Assembly: GCA_945929875.1 (NCBI GenBank)
Contig: CAMEOO010000001.1
Coordinates: forward strand, 6,574 to 70,573
Length of the DNA stretch: 64,000 nt
Reading direction: 5' to 3'
DNA from: an uncultured Bacillales bacterium
Lineage (GTDB): Bacteria; Bacillota_I; Bacilli_A; RFN20; CAG-449
A model generated the notes under the pieces. The model was not told the origin of the DNA. It ran no database searches and saw nothing but the letters and a program-made list of their open reading frames with translations. The position numbers and the translations under genes were made by a program. Each line of letters starts with the position of its first letter. Position 1 is the first letter of the stretch. Shown here piece after piece: positions 19,712 through 29,119 of the stretch.

Positions 19712-20989
19712 ATGGCTAATTATCAACCTCAAAGAGGAACATATGATGCATATTATGAAGATGCGTTAAACATTGAAAAAATAGTTGATGAACTAAAGAG
19801 TTTGTCATCTATATATGGTTTTACTCCAATTCATATTCCAACATATGAATCTACATCTCTTTTTGCTCGTTCAGCAGGAGATTCAAGCGACATCGTCACC
19901 AAGGAAATGTTTAATTTTTTAGATAAATCAGGTCGCGATATTTGCTTACGTCCAGAATTAACCGCTGGAGTAATGAGAGCGATAGTCACAAACAAACTTT
20001 ACGCTACTAGAGACCTACCATTAAAGTTATCTTACTTTGGTTCTGCTTTTAGATACGAAAGACCTCAAGCGGGAAGATATCGTGAATTTAAACAATTCGG
20101 AATTGAGAATGTTGGTATCTCTAGTTATCTTAATGATGCTGAAACAATTATTTTTGGTTACAAAGCCCTTAGGAAATTAGGATTTCCTCACGTCATTTTA
20201 AAAATTAATTCATTAGGCGATGAAGAAAGTAGAAATAACTATCGAAATGCACTTAAAGATTTCTTTAAAGATAAGATTGAATCAATGTGCCCAGATTGCA
20301 AGAAAAGATTTGAAACTAATCCTTTGAGAATTCTTGATTGCAAAGTAAAAGAAGATCAAGAAATTATTAAAGATGCACCTAAAATTCAAGATTATTTAAG
20401 TGAAGCAAGTAAAGTTTATTTCTCAAATATTCTAAAAGTACTAGATGAAAATGGTGTTGAATATCAAATCGACTATTCTTTAGTTAGAGGGTTAGATTAT
20501 TATTCTCACGTAGTATTTGAATATCACTACATCCTTGAAGATGGTACTTCTCTTGGAGCTATTGGTGCCGGAGGCCATTACGATAATCTAGTTAAAGAAG
20601 TAGGTGGGCCATCTCTTTCCAGCGTCGGATTAGCCTTTGGAATTGAAAGATTAAATATTCTTTTAAAAGAAATCGATCCAGATTCTTATTCTAAAGTTAA
20701 TTTAGATTGCTATTTAATGGCTCTTGGAGAAAATAATATTCCGTATTTATTCTCACTATGCTTAAAGCTAAGAGAAAACGGGTTTTCTTCCGACATGAGT
20801 TTTGAAAATAAGTCGCTTGGAGCTAGTTTTAAAATCGCAAATAGAAAAAATGCTAGATTTGCCTTAATTCTTGGCGATGATGAAAGAAATAGAAACGTAA
20901 TACAATTAAAAGATTTACAAAAACAAGAACAAATCGAAGTATCACTTGATAAATTAATTGATACTTTAAAATTAATGAAAGGGGAGTAA
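19712..20989 (+). CDS. hisS: histidine--tRNA ligase
   Basis: 425 aa with class II motifs and a HisRS anticodon-binding C-terminus. Confidence 0.9.
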   Translation: MANYQPQRGTYDAYYEDALNIEKIVDELKSLSSIYGFTPIHIPTYESTSLFARSAGDSSDIVTKEMFNFLDKSGRDICLRPELTAGVMRAIVTNKLYATRDLPLKLSYFGSAFRYERPQAGRYREFKQFGIENVGISSYLNDAETIIFGYKALRKLGFPHVILKINSLGDEESRNNYRNALKDFFKDKIESMCPDCKKRFETNPLRILDCKVKEDQEIIKDAPKIQDYLSEASKVYFSNILKVLDENGVEYQIDYSLVRGLDYYSHVVFEYHYILEDGTSLGAIGAGGHYDNLVKEVGGPSLSSVGLAFGIERLNILLKEIDPDSYSKVNLDCYLMALGENNIPYLFSLCLKLRENGFSSDMSFENKSLGASFKIANRKNARFALILGDDERNRNVIQLKDLQKQEQIEVSLDKLIDTLKLMKGE

Positions 20990-20991
20990 TT

Positions 20992-22737
20992 ATGTATCGT
21001 ACACACAATAATGGGGAATTAAGATTATCCGACGTCAATAAAGAAGTCACTTTAGTGGGCTGGGTAAGCAAAAAAAGAAGTTTAGGCTCTTTAGTCTTTA
21101 TTGATTTAAGAGATCGTTATGGTTATACTCAAGTACTATTAGAAGAATCAAAATTTCCTATTGCAAAAGAGATTAAGTCTGAATATATCATTCAGGTAAA
21201 AGGAATTGTTTCAAAAAAGGATGTTCCAAATATGAAACTTCCTACTGGAGAGATCGAAGTAGTTGCTATCGAAGTAAAAATTGTTAATACTAGTGAACAA
21301 CCTCCATTTATCATCGCCGATGAAACTGATGCATTAGAAGATACTAGATTAAAATATCGTTATCTAGATTTACGTCGACCAGTGATGCAAAATTATCTAA
21401 AAACTAGAGCAAAGATTGTTAAAGCTTGCCACGAATTTTTAGATTCTCACGATTTTATTGAAGTTGAAACACCAATATTAACTTTATCCACTCCAGAAGG
21501 AGCAAGAGACTATTTAGTCCCTTCTAGAACTAGAAAAGGATCATTTTATGCTTTGCCACAATCTCCTCAACTATTTAAACAGATGCTCATGGTCGCAGGA
21601 CTAGAAAGATATTATCAAGTAGCTCGCTGCTTTAGAGATGAAGACTTGCGCGCTGATAGACAACCTGATTTTACTCAAATTGATATTGAAACAAGTTTTT
21701 TAAGTGAAGATGAAATCTTAACTTTAACTGAACAATTAATTCAAAAGATTATGAAAGATGTTAAAGGAATCGATATCAAAATTCCATTTAGAAGATTAAA
21801 ATACGATTATTGTATCGACACCTACGGTTCAGATAAACCTGACACTCGCTTCGATATGAAATTAATCGACGTTAAAGACATTTTAGTAAATACTACTTTT
21901 GAAGCATTTAAAAATGTTAAGGTAATTAAAGCTTTAGTGGTTGATTCTCACGCTTCAATTACGACTAGAAAAGTGATAGATTCTTTAAATTTACATGCGA
22001 AAAAGTTTGGTTTAAATGGTTTAACAGTCTTAAAGTATATTAATGGACAATTAGAAGGATCATTTTTAAAATTCTTTAATGAAGAACAAAAAAATCAATT
22101 GATTGAAAGATTAAATTTAAAAGAAGATGATCTAGTTATTATCGCCGGTGGAAACAAAATGAAAGTGTGTCCATCTCTAGGCGCTTTAAGAACAAGTTAT
22201 GCAAAAGAAATGGGATTAATTAAACCAAACACTTTTGATTTCCTTTGGGTTGTTGACTTTCCATTATTTGATTACAATGAAGATACAAAAGAGATTACTC
22301 CTTGCCATCATCCATTTACTCAACCAAAAGAAGAAGATATTTCTAAACTTAAAGACCATCCTGAACAAGTTTATGCAGCCGCATATGATATAGTAGTAAA
22401 TGGCTATGAAGCAGGTGGAGGATCTTTAAGAATTTACGATCAAAATCTTCAAAAAGAAATATTTGAGTTACTTGGTTTCAGCGAAGAAGATATTCAAAGA
22501 AAATTTGGTTTCTTTGTCAATTCTTTAAAATATGGAACTCCTCCTCATGGCGGATTAGCTCTAGGACTAGATCGTTGGGCGATGATTCTAGGAGGTACTG
22601 ATAACATTAGGGATGTCATCGCTTTCCCTAAAAATCTATCTGCAGTTTGTCCAATGTCAAACGCACCTTTACAAGTGGATGAAGCTCAACTTGACGATTT
22701 AGGAATTCAAGTTAAAGACGAATATAGGAATAAATAA
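20992..22737 (+). CDS. aspS: aspartate--tRNA ligase
   Basis: 581 aa with an OB anticodon-binding N-terminus, a GAD insertion and class II motifs (FRDEDLRADRQPDFTQID; GGGSLRIYD). It is in the hisS-aspS operon. Confidence 0.9.
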   Translation: MYRTHNNGELRLSDVNKEVTLVGWVSKKRSLGSLVFIDLRDRYGYTQVLLEESKFPIAKEIKSEYIIQVKGIVSKKDVPNMKLPTGEIEVVAIEVKIVNTSEQPPFIIADETDALEDTRLKYRYLDLRRPVMQNYLKTRAKIVKACHEFLDSHDFIEVETPILTLSTPEGARDYLVPSRTRKGSFYALPQSPQLFKQMLMVAGLERYYQVARCFRDEDLRADRQPDFTQIDIETSFLSEDEILTLTEQLIQKIMKDVKGIDIKIPFRRLKYDYCIDTYGSDKPDTRFDMKLIDVKDILVNTTFEAFKNVKVIKALVVDSHASITTRKVIDSLNLHAKKFGLNGLTVLKYINGQLEGSFLKFFNEEQKNQLIERLNLKEDDLVIIAGGNKMKVCPSLGALRTSYAKEMGLIKPNTFDFLWVVDFPLFDYNEDTKEITPCHHPFTQPKEEDISKLKDHPEQVYAAAYDIVVNGYEAGGGSLRIYDQNLQKEIFELLGFSEEDIQRKFGFFVNSLKYGTPPHGGLALGLDRWAMILGGTDNIRDVIAFPKNLSAVCPMSNAPLQVDEAQLDDLGIQVKDEYRNK

Positions 22738-22739
22738 GT

Positions 22740-24071
22740 ATGAAATTTTCTTCATATAATTTAAAAAAAGACCTTTTAGAAGTAGTTAATTCACTAGGTT
22801 ATATCAATCTAACAAAAATTCAAGAAGAAACTCTTGCTAAAATCTTAAAAGGTAAATCTTTAATTTGTAAGAGTGAAACAGGTTCTGGTAAAACCCATGC
22901 ATTTTTAATACCAACTTTAAATTCTATTGATCGAGATATTAATGCTATACAAGTAGTAGTAATTTCGCCAACAAGTATTTTGGCAAGTCAAACTTATGAT
23001 TTTGCTAAAAGCATTTGCGATAGAATTGATGGTTTATCATGCAAAGTGTTTACCTCAAATGAAGATAAAAATAAAAATGTTAAAGAACTAGAATATGGTA
23101 AGCAAATGCCAAAACTAGTCATTGGAACTCCAGGAAGACTAGTTGATCTATTAATCAATAATAAGATTGATACTTCACAAATTAAAACCATGGTTTTAGA
23201 TGAAGCGGATATGCTTCTTGATGAATCTTATGTCGAAGATATTATTTCCTTGCAAGAAAAAATAAAACCTAAGCAAAGGCTAATTTTTACAGCGACGATG
23301 AAAAATCATCTTATCGCAGATACCTATAAATTTATTAATGCCGAAGAAATAATCGATGTAGATAAAAAGATTAAAGTTAATAAAAATGTTTCTCATCACT
23401 TAGTAAATATCAAACATAAGGATTTGACTTCTTCAATCATTGATTTCTTAAATATTCAAAAACCATACTTTACCTTAATTTTTGCTTCTGAAAAAACTAA
23501 AGTAGAGAAGATTTTTCATGAACTAAATGAAAAGTCACTAAGATGCACAATTTTAAGCGGAAACATGGAGTCTAGAGAAAATAAAATTAATTTAAGAAGA
23601 ATCAAACAAAGTGACTTTAATGTAGTAGTATGCTCTGATATGGTTTCTAGAGGTTTGGATTTAGAAGATGTAACTTGCGTAATTTCCTTAGATTTACCTA
23701 AAGATCTTGATTATTATCTTCATCGAGCGGGAAGAACCGGTAGAAATAATAAAAAAGGAGATTCCTACATTTTCTATAACGACGAAGACTTAAACTTTAT
23801 CAAAAAGAATTTGGATAATAAAATTTCTTTCGACTATTATGTACTTCGACCAGATACTTTAAAGAAAGTCGATACTTTAGAAGGAAAGAAAAAAAATAAA
23901 AATGAAGAGTTAGAAAAAGAAATTCGAAAGGAAGTACACAAGGTAAAAACTAATAAAGTTAAACCTGGATATAAAAAGAAGATTAAAAAAGCTATCGAAA
24001 AAGCAAAAGCCAATCATAAAAAGAAAATCATCCAAAAAAATATTAAAGAGAAGAAAAAGAGCTCTAGATAA
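22740..24071 (+). CDS. cshA: DEAD-box ATP-dependent RNA helicase (CshA-like) with a Lys-rich C-terminal tail
   Basis: Motifs Q, I (SETGSGKTHAF), II (DEAD), III (TAT), V (SRGLD) and VI (HRAGRTGR) are present. Confidence 0.85.
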   Translation: MKFSSYNLKKDLLEVVNSLGYINLTKIQEETLAKILKGKSLICKSETGSGKTHAFLIPTLNSIDRDINAIQVVVISPTSILASQTYDFAKSICDRIDGLSCKVFTSNEDKNKNVKELEYGKQMPKLVIGTPGRLVDLLINNKIDTSQIKTMVLDEADMLLDESYVEDIISLQEKIKPKQRLIFTATMKNHLIADTYKFINAEEIIDVDKKIKVNKNVSHHLVNIKHKDLTSSIIDFLNIQKPYFTLIFASEKTKVEKIFHELNEKSLRCTILSGNMESRENKINLRRIKQSDFNVVVCSDMVSRGLDLEDVTCVISLDLPKDLDYYLHRAGRTGRNNKKGDSYIFYNDEDLNFIKKNLDNKISFDYYVLRPDTLKKVDTLEGKKKNKNEELEKEIRKEVHKVKTNKVKPGYKKKIKKAIEKAKANHKKKIIQKNIKEKKKSSR

Positions 24072-24090
24072 ATTTTTCTAGAGCTTTTTC
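24058..24090. terminator. bidirectional rho-independent terminator (AGCTCTAG / CTAGAGCT stem, T runs on both strands)
   Basis: The 8-bp stem overlaps the cshA stop and is followed by TTTTT on the + strand and CTTTTTC on the - strand. Confidence 0.4.
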
Positions 24091-24309
24091 AATACTTTGT
24101 TTTTTCTCAAAACGAATATTTAATAATGGATCATACAAATATTTTTTATAATTTTTTAAGGTGATATCATTTTTATTTTTTTTAATTTGATTAAATAAAG
24201 CTTCATTTTCTTCTTCAGTCAATATTACATTTTGTTTATAAAAAAAATTAAAAAGTGAATTTTTAGTTAATGTAGAGAAAAGAAGAGAATAGAAATTCAA
24301 TTCAATCAC
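24064..24309 (-). CDS. hypothetical small protein (81 aa); may be spurious
   Basis: The ORF overlaps no annotated gene and lies downstream of ispG on the same strand. It has a GTG start with no clear ribosome-binding site, and its 3' end lies inside a terminator hairpin. Confidence 0.2.
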   Translation of the reverse strand: MIELNFYSLLFSTLTKNSLFNFFYKQNVILTEEENEALFNQIKKNKNDITLKNYKKYLYDPLLNIRFEKKQSIEKALEKFI

Positions 24310-24338
24310 CTATATAAATATATGAATAAAATTATAAA

Positions 24339-25400
24339 TTATAATTTAAATTCATCTAAGTATTTTTCTAAATATGAAATTACTTCACTAGGATGGCAAG
24401 TACCAATGATTTTACCTTTAACAAATACTGAACAAGTAGTTGAATTATTAAAAGCAAAGCCGATATCGGCATTTTTTCCTTCCCCGACTCCATTGACTAC
24501 ACAACCCATAATTGCTACCGTTATATGATAATTTTTCTTTTGTAGGTAAGAATCTACTTTTCTAGAAAGTTCCATGATATTTGCATTAGCCCTTCCACAC
24601 ATCGGACAAGAAATTAAAGTGTAATAATTTGGATAAAGATTTAATTCGTGGAGCAGCCTTTTGCACGCTCTAACTTCTTCGATAGGTTCATCTGAAAGAG
24701 AAATCCTTATGGTGTCACCAATTCCTTCAAGAAGTAAAGGAACAAGGCCCACACATGAACGAATCAAACCAATGTCTTTATAAGAAGTCTCAGTAACGCC
24801 GATGTGAAGAGGGTATGAATATCTTTTGCTAGCTTTTCTATAAGCTTCTAAAGTAGTGAGAGGATTACTTGATTTTAAAGCTAGAACGAGATTATAAAAG
24901 TTATGTTTTTCAAAAATTTCAATGTAACGATCTAAAGATTTTAACATTAAGTCAACATCGACTTTATTATTATTTTGCTTAACGAGTTCTGGATCCACTG
25001 AACCGGAATTCACACCAATTCTTATTGGAACATTATATTTTTTACAACAATCTATGATTTGATTAATTTGGTCTTCATTTTTTAAATTGCCAGGATTTAA
25101 TCTTATTTTATCGGCCCCTGATTCGATGGCTTTTAAAGCTAAGCGATAATCGTAATGGATGTCACATACTAGAGGTATATGAATTCTTTTTTTTATTTCT
25201 TTTATGGCTTCAGCATCTTTAAAATCAAGAACAGAAACTCTGATTAATTCTAGACCTTCTTCTTCCATTTCTAAGATTTGTTTAACTACTTCATCAACTT
25301 TTTCAGTTTTGATGTTGCACATCGATTGAATGACAACCTTATTTTGCCCTCCAATAATAATATTTCCTACTTTAATTTGCTTAGTGTGTTCTCTAATCAT
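24339..25400 (-). CDS. ispG: 4-hydroxy-3-methylbut-2-en-1-yl diphosphate synthase (MEP pathway)
   Basis: The GcpE family N-terminus IREHTKQIKVGNIIIGGQNKVVIQSM and C-terminal Cys ligands are present. The start is taken at ATG 25400, which has an AGAGGAAGC ribosome-binding site. Confidence 0.9.
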   Translation of the reverse strand: MIREHTKQIKVGNIIIGGQNKVVIQSMCNIKTEKVDEVVKQILEMEEEGLELIRVSVLDFKDAEAIKEIKKRIHIPLVCDIHYDYRLALKAIESGADKIRLNPGNLKNEDQINQIIDCCKKYNVPIRIGVNSGSVDPELVKQNNNKVDVDLMLKSLDRYIEIFEKHNFYNLVLALKSSNPLTTLEAYRKASKRYSYPLHIGVTETSYKDIGLIRSCVGLVPLLLEGIGDTIRISLSDEPIEEVRACKRLLHELNLYPNYYTLISCPMCGRANANIMELSRKVDSYLQKKNYHITVAIMGCVVNGVGEGKNADIGFAFNNSTTCSVFVKGKIIGTCHPSEVISYLEKYLDEFKL

Positions 25401-25542
25401 TTTGCTTCCTCTATTAATAACAACAATATTATATATAAAAATAGATAAAATAACTAAAAAAAACAAATATTTACTAATAATTTTTGTAGTAATTTATTTA
25501 TCGATATGATAAGATAAACAAGGTAAAGATGGAGGTGCACAT

Positions 25543-25695
25543 ATGCCACGCGATAATATTATTATAAAATGTACTGTTTGCGGTGAAGAAAACTACATTG
25601 GCTCTAAAAATAAACGTAGTCACCCAGAAAGAATGGAAATCAAGAAATATTGCCCAAGATGCAATAAGATGACGCTACATAAAGAAAAGAAATAA
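25543..25695 (+). CDS. rpmG: 50S ribosomal protein L33
   Basis: The 50-aa product is [50 protein letters not shown], a CxxC...CxxC zinc ribbon that aligns along its whole length with B. subtilis RpmGA. A GGAGGTG ribosome-binding site precedes it. It is below the ORF-track size cutoff. Confidence 0.85.
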   Translation: MPRDNIIIKCTVCGEENYIGSKNKRSHPERMEIKKYCPRCNKMTLHKEKK

Positions 25696-25716
25696 GAGCT
25701 TTTGCTCTTTTTTTAG
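25694..25716 (+). terminator. rho-independent terminator after rpmG (AAGAGC-tttt-GCTCTT + T7)
   Basis: A perfect 6-bp stem is followed by a T run. Confidence 0.55.
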
Positions 25717-25720
25717 TTAT

Positions 25721-26347
25721 ATGGTTATAAAAAGATTTATTAATAATAAAGAATTTTCTTGTTCACTTTATGTAGTTTCTATCGATCAAACTAATTTTAT
25801 TGTCGACCCTGGATTTTGTAATAAAGAAATATTGAATTATTTAGATAGTATCGGTGGTTTAGACTTTATTTTGATTACTCACGGGCATTTTGATCACATT
25901 CTTGGCATTAATCAGCTACTAGAAGTATATAAAGATATTGATATTTATAGTTTCTACTTAGAAGAAGAATTATTATTTTCCTCTAAACTTAATTTAACAA
26001 AATCTATTAGTCGCCAAATGATCGATTTTTCAAAAAACTATTTACCTTTAAATGAAGGAAAAATAACAATTCATGGCATTAGCTTTGAAGTGATTCATAC
26101 TCCTGGTCATACGAAAGGTTCTTGCTCTTATCTTTTTAGAAAAGAGAAATCAATGTTTGTTGGAGATTTTATCTTTCAAGCAAGCGTTGGAAGAACTGAC
26201 TTACCTACTGGTAGTGAATTTGAGTTATTAAGTTCAATTGATAAATTAAAAAAATTAAGACTAAATAATGATATTACTATTTATCCAGGTCATGAAAAAA
26301 TATTTAAAATAGAAGAATTATATAAAATTAATCCATATTTTCATTAA
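25721..26347 (+). CDS. MBL-fold metallo-hydrolase (glyoxalase II-like)
   Basis: The HGHFDH metal-binding motif (ITHGHFDHILG) and downstream HTPGHT are present. Confidence 0.7.
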   Translation: MVIKRFINNKEFSCSLYVVSIDQTNFIVDPGFCNKEILNYLDSIGGLDFILITHGHFDHILGINQLLEVYKDIDIYSFYLEEELLFSSKLNLTKSISRQMIDFSKNYLPLNEGKITIHGISFEVIHTPGHTKGSCSYLFRKEKSMFVGDFIFQASVGRTDLPTGSEFELLSSIDKLKKLRLNNDITIYPGHEKIFKIEELYKINPYFH

Positions 26348-26383
26348 AAATTTAAAAATAGATAAATAATAAGATTAGGTGAC

Positions 26384-26776
26384 ATGATGCTTAATCTTTT
26401 TTTTATCAGCTTATCTACAAGCTTTATTATCGTTTTTATTAATCAATTATTATTTTATTTAAATTTTACCAATTATTCTTTTTCATCATTTAGACTAATT
26501 GAAAACAATATAGCTAATTATTTAATTATCTTTTTTAGCGTTAGTTTTATCTTATTTGTTATTTCATTTATATTTTATAAAACAAAATTGAGATTTAAAA
26601 ATTCATATTTAATTTTATTAATAAGCATAGAACTATTTATTGCTATCAACTTAATTTTAAGAATTTATGATAAGATATTTTTAGACATTCAAAGTATCTT
26701 TTCATTACTTTTTATGGTAATTTTATCAACATATCAATTTTTTTATTCCATAATTTACCTAAATGTTGTAAAATAA
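26384..26776 (+). CDS. hypothetical polytopic membrane protein (about 4 transmembrane segments)
   Basis: 130 aa and very hydrophobic. No family was recognised. Confidence 0.4.
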   Translation: MMLNLFFISLSTSFIIVFINQLLFYLNFTNYSFSSFRLIENNIANYLIIFFSVSFILFVISFIFYKTKLRFKNSYLILLISIELFIAINLILRIYDKIFLDIQSIFSLLFMVILSTYQFFYSIIYLNVVK

Positions 26777-26798
26777 TAAAGATTTAGGAGGAAGAATA

Positions 26799-27356
26799 AT
26801 GATTAACGTTACAGAAATTAGACCAGGAAATACATTTGAATCAGAAGGTAATATTTACACATGTATCGATATTGACTTAAATAAGACGGCAATGGCTAAA
26901 ATGAAAGTCAAAGTTAAAGCTAAAAATGTTAAAACCGGAGGTGTTTTAGATCTTTCCTTTATCGGTGGAGATAAAGTTGAACTACTTCGTTTAGATAAAA
27001 AGCAAATGCAATATCTTTATGATGATGGAACTGGATACGTTTTCATGGACATGGAAACTTACGATCAAATTTCAATTGATAAAGCTCGCTTAGAATGGGA
27101 AAGTAATTTCTTAGTTCCAGAAGCAACGGTTACAATTACTATGTACGAAAATGAAATTATCGGTATCGAACTACCTGCAAAAGTCACATTAAAGATCGTT
27201 GAATGTGAACCAGCAGTTCGTGGAGATACAGTCAATAAAGCAATGAAAGATGCTTATCTAGAAACTGGTTTAAAAGTAAGAGTACCTCTATTTGTAGAAA
27301 ATGGTGAATCAATCGTGGTTTTCACAAATGATGGATCTTACGATTCTAGAGCTTAA
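26799..27356 (+). CDS. efp: elongation factor P
   Basis: 185 aa, starting MINVTEIRPGNTFESEGNIY, with KOW and OB domains. A GGAGG ribosome-binding site precedes it. Confidence 0.9.
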   Translation: MINVTEIRPGNTFESEGNIYTCIDIDLNKTAMAKMKVKVKAKNVKTGGVLDLSFIGGDKVELLRLDKKQMQYLYDDGTGYVFMDMETYDQISIDKARLEWESNFLVPEATVTITMYENEIIGIELPAKVTLKIVECEPAVRGDTVNKAMKDAYLETGLKVRVPLFVENGESIVVFTNDGSYDSRA

Positions 27357-27361
27357 CTACT

Positions 27362-27388
27362 ACACCTCAATGAGGTGTTTTTTTTACT
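27362..27388 (+). terminator. rho-independent terminator after efp (ACACCTCA / TGAGGTGT + T9)
   Basis: A perfect 8-bp stem is followed by a long T run. Confidence 0.7.
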
Positions 27389-27485
27389 TATATTTCATCT
27401 GACAATTTTTTTAAATTAAATATGATATCCTATTGCTAGTTATATTTTTGCATTATGAAGAATATAACTTAAAAGGGGAGAAATT

Positions 27486-27974
27486 ATGAATCGTCAATTA
27501 GTTGCTTTTTTATCATTATTTAGTTTAGTGTTAGTTCTATCTGTTTATTATGTGATGATGCCATCTCCATCAAAACAATTAAGCGCAAATCAAGAAAGCG
27601 TCAACTTGACTATAAAAGATGCGACAACCTTATATTTTGAAACTCTAGAAATGAATAGAGCTAAGGAGCATCAAGATTATATCGACGAGATGATCGATGT
27701 ATATAAGGGAGTCAATAATGAATATACGATAGAAGAAGCATTCATCAATATCTCAAATAGAAATAAAATTATCGATGAAGAAAATCAAATTGAAGAATGC
27801 GTAAAAAACTTAGGCTATACTTCATGCTACGCTGAAGTAGAAGGTGATGATTACATCAAGGTGGTTGTCTATTCCTCTACAAAAGATCTATTAGAGGTAG
27901 ATAAAATTATGTATCAAGTTCAAACGATGTTAGATAAGGAAGTTTCAACCTTTATCGTAGAATTTCAAGAGTAG
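27486..27974 (+). CDS. membrane-anchored protein, tentatively SpoIIIAH-like
   Basis: 162 aa. The N-terminal signal-anchor LSLFSLVLVLSVYYVMMPSPS resembles my recollection of the B. subtilis SpoIIIAH N-terminus (…LSVYYIMSPES). Its position directly after efp matches where the spoIIIA operon sits in Bacillus. This is not verified by a search. Confidence 0.4.
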   Translation: MNRQLVAFLSLFSLVLVLSVYYVMMPSPSKQLSANQESVNLTIKDATTLYFETLEMNRAKEHQDYIDEMIDVYKGVNNEYTIEEAFINISNRNKIIDEENQIEECVKNLGYTSCYAEVEGDDYIKVVVYSSTKDLLEVDKIMYQVQTMLDKEVSTFIVEFQE

Positions 27975-27984
27975 AGAAAAAATG

Positions 27985-28013
27985 TTGAATTATTACCACA
28001 AATCTTTTAAGAT
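27985..28013 (+). promoter_or_regulatory. sigma-A type promoter for yneF (TTGAAT - 17 nt - TAAGAT)
   Basis: The hexamers are at 27985..27990 and 28008..28013, with a GAGGTGA ribosome-binding site downstream. Confidence 0.4.
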
Positions 28014-28035
28014 TGATTTGTTGAGGTGATAAGAT

Positions 28036-28260
28036 ATGATGAGTTTAAATATTGGACTATTTATTTTATATTTAGTTTTAGCCCTTCTTGCTGGCTTAGT
28101 AATTGGATTTTTCGTCACTAGAAAGATTTTCCAAAAGCAATTAGAAAAAAATCCTCCAATCAATGAGAAAATGATTAGAGCAATGTTCTTACAAATGGGA
28201 AGAAAACCTTCTGAAGCACAAATTAAACAAGTAATGAAGAGCATGAATCAATACAAATAA
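28036..28260 (+). CDS. yneF: UPF0154 family small membrane protein (YneF)
   Basis: 74 aa with an N-terminal transmembrane segment. The conserved segment …KNPPINEKMIRAMFLQMGRKPSEAQIKQVMKSMNQ matches the B. subtilis YneF pattern NPPINEQMLR..M.QMGQKPSQ. Confidence 0.7.
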   Translation: MMSLNIGLFILYLVLALLAGLVIGFFVTRKIFQKQLEKNPPINEKMIRAMFLQMGRKPSEAQIKQVMKSMNQYK

Positions 28261-28261
28261 A

Positions 28262-28290
28262 AAAAGTCGTTAATTCGACTTTTTATTTTA
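28262..28290. terminator. bidirectional rho-independent terminator between convergent yneF and plsY
   Basis: The stem AAAAGTCG-ttaatt-CGACTTTT is flanked by A and T runs, so it can terminate on either strand. Confidence 0.55.
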
Positions 28291-28354
28291 ATAATTAAAT
28301 CTACTAAATTACTACTGAATATTTACTAATAGTAGAAAATTAGTAGTATTTTAG

Positions 28355-29020
28355 TTATTTCATCCAAGTGATCTTTCTTTCTTCATGATGGACTAATCGT
28401 GAAATATTAGCGTGATGTCTTATTATTAATAAAATGGTTGAACATAATAATAAGACAAAATAATAGATGCTAGAAGGGAATAACCACATTCCTAACCCAT
28501 TAAATACATAAATATCTAATAAGCTAAAGAGAGTTAAGAAAATCGATGTCAAGATTGAAGAAAGAGAAACATATTTTTTTAGTTTTAGAATTAATAGGAA
28601 TACGAATAAACCAACTAGAGTAATTAACCAATTAGTTGCTATGCATATAGCGGCAAAAGATGAAACAGCTTTTCCTCCTTTAAATTGAGCAAAGATAGGA
28701 AAGCAATGCCCAATTAAGCAGCTAAATGCTGTGATAATATATCCTAGTTCCTGCATAGAGTATTGATTTAAAGAAGTATAGGCTAAAACGCAATAGGCAG
28801 CATATATTGGAATAATAGTTTTTAAAATATCTAGAAAAATGACAATTAAACCTACCTTTTTACCAAAGACTCTGCCAGCGTTAGTTCCTCCGGCATTTTT
28901 AGAACCATAATCTCTAACATCTTTGTGAAAAAATACCTTTCCGATAATCACTGAACTAGGAATTGACCCAAATAAATATCCTAAAACGATACAAGATAAT
29001 ACAATTAAAAATATTGCCAT
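28355..29020 (-). CDS. plsY: glycerol-3-phosphate acyltransferase PlsY
   Basis: 221 aa. The N-terminus GYLFGSIPSSVIIGKVFFHKDVRDYGSKNAGGTNAGRV is the PlsY signature. Confidence 0.9.
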   Translation of the reverse strand: MAIFLIVLSCIVLGYLFGSIPSSVIIGKVFFHKDVRDYGSKNAGGTNAGRVFGKKVGLIVIFLDILKTIIPIYAAYCVLAYTSLNQYSMQELGYIITAFSCLIGHCFPIFAQFKGGKAVSSFAAICIATNWLITLVGLFVFLLILKLKKYVSLSSILTSIFLTLFSLLDIYVFNGLGMWLFPSSIYYFVLLLCSTILLIIRHHANISRLVHHEERKITWMK

Positions 29021-29119
29021 AATTTCGACCTCACATACCTAATTATAATAAATTATAATTATAGATTTATAAAGTTTTTTTTGCTATAATTCTTTTGTTG
29101 CAAGAGAGGAAGTACAATT

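Noticed and set aside
16226-24528. Short ORFs at 16226..16492, 17171..17467, 20710..21006, 20853..21071, 22994..23191 and 24322..24528
   Set aside because: They are antisense or frame-shifted overlaps of relA, hisS/aspS, cshA and ispG. None has a ribosome-binding site.
28296-28350. Cluster of TACTAAT / ATTAGTA / TAGTAG motifs, also seen near 38741, 41200, 43335 and 47025
   Set aside because: TTAGTA-type hexamers are expected about every 1.1 kb per strand at this AT content. The local inverted repeat (28324..28346) is AT-only and sits beside a stronger bidirectional terminator. It is probably composition noise.
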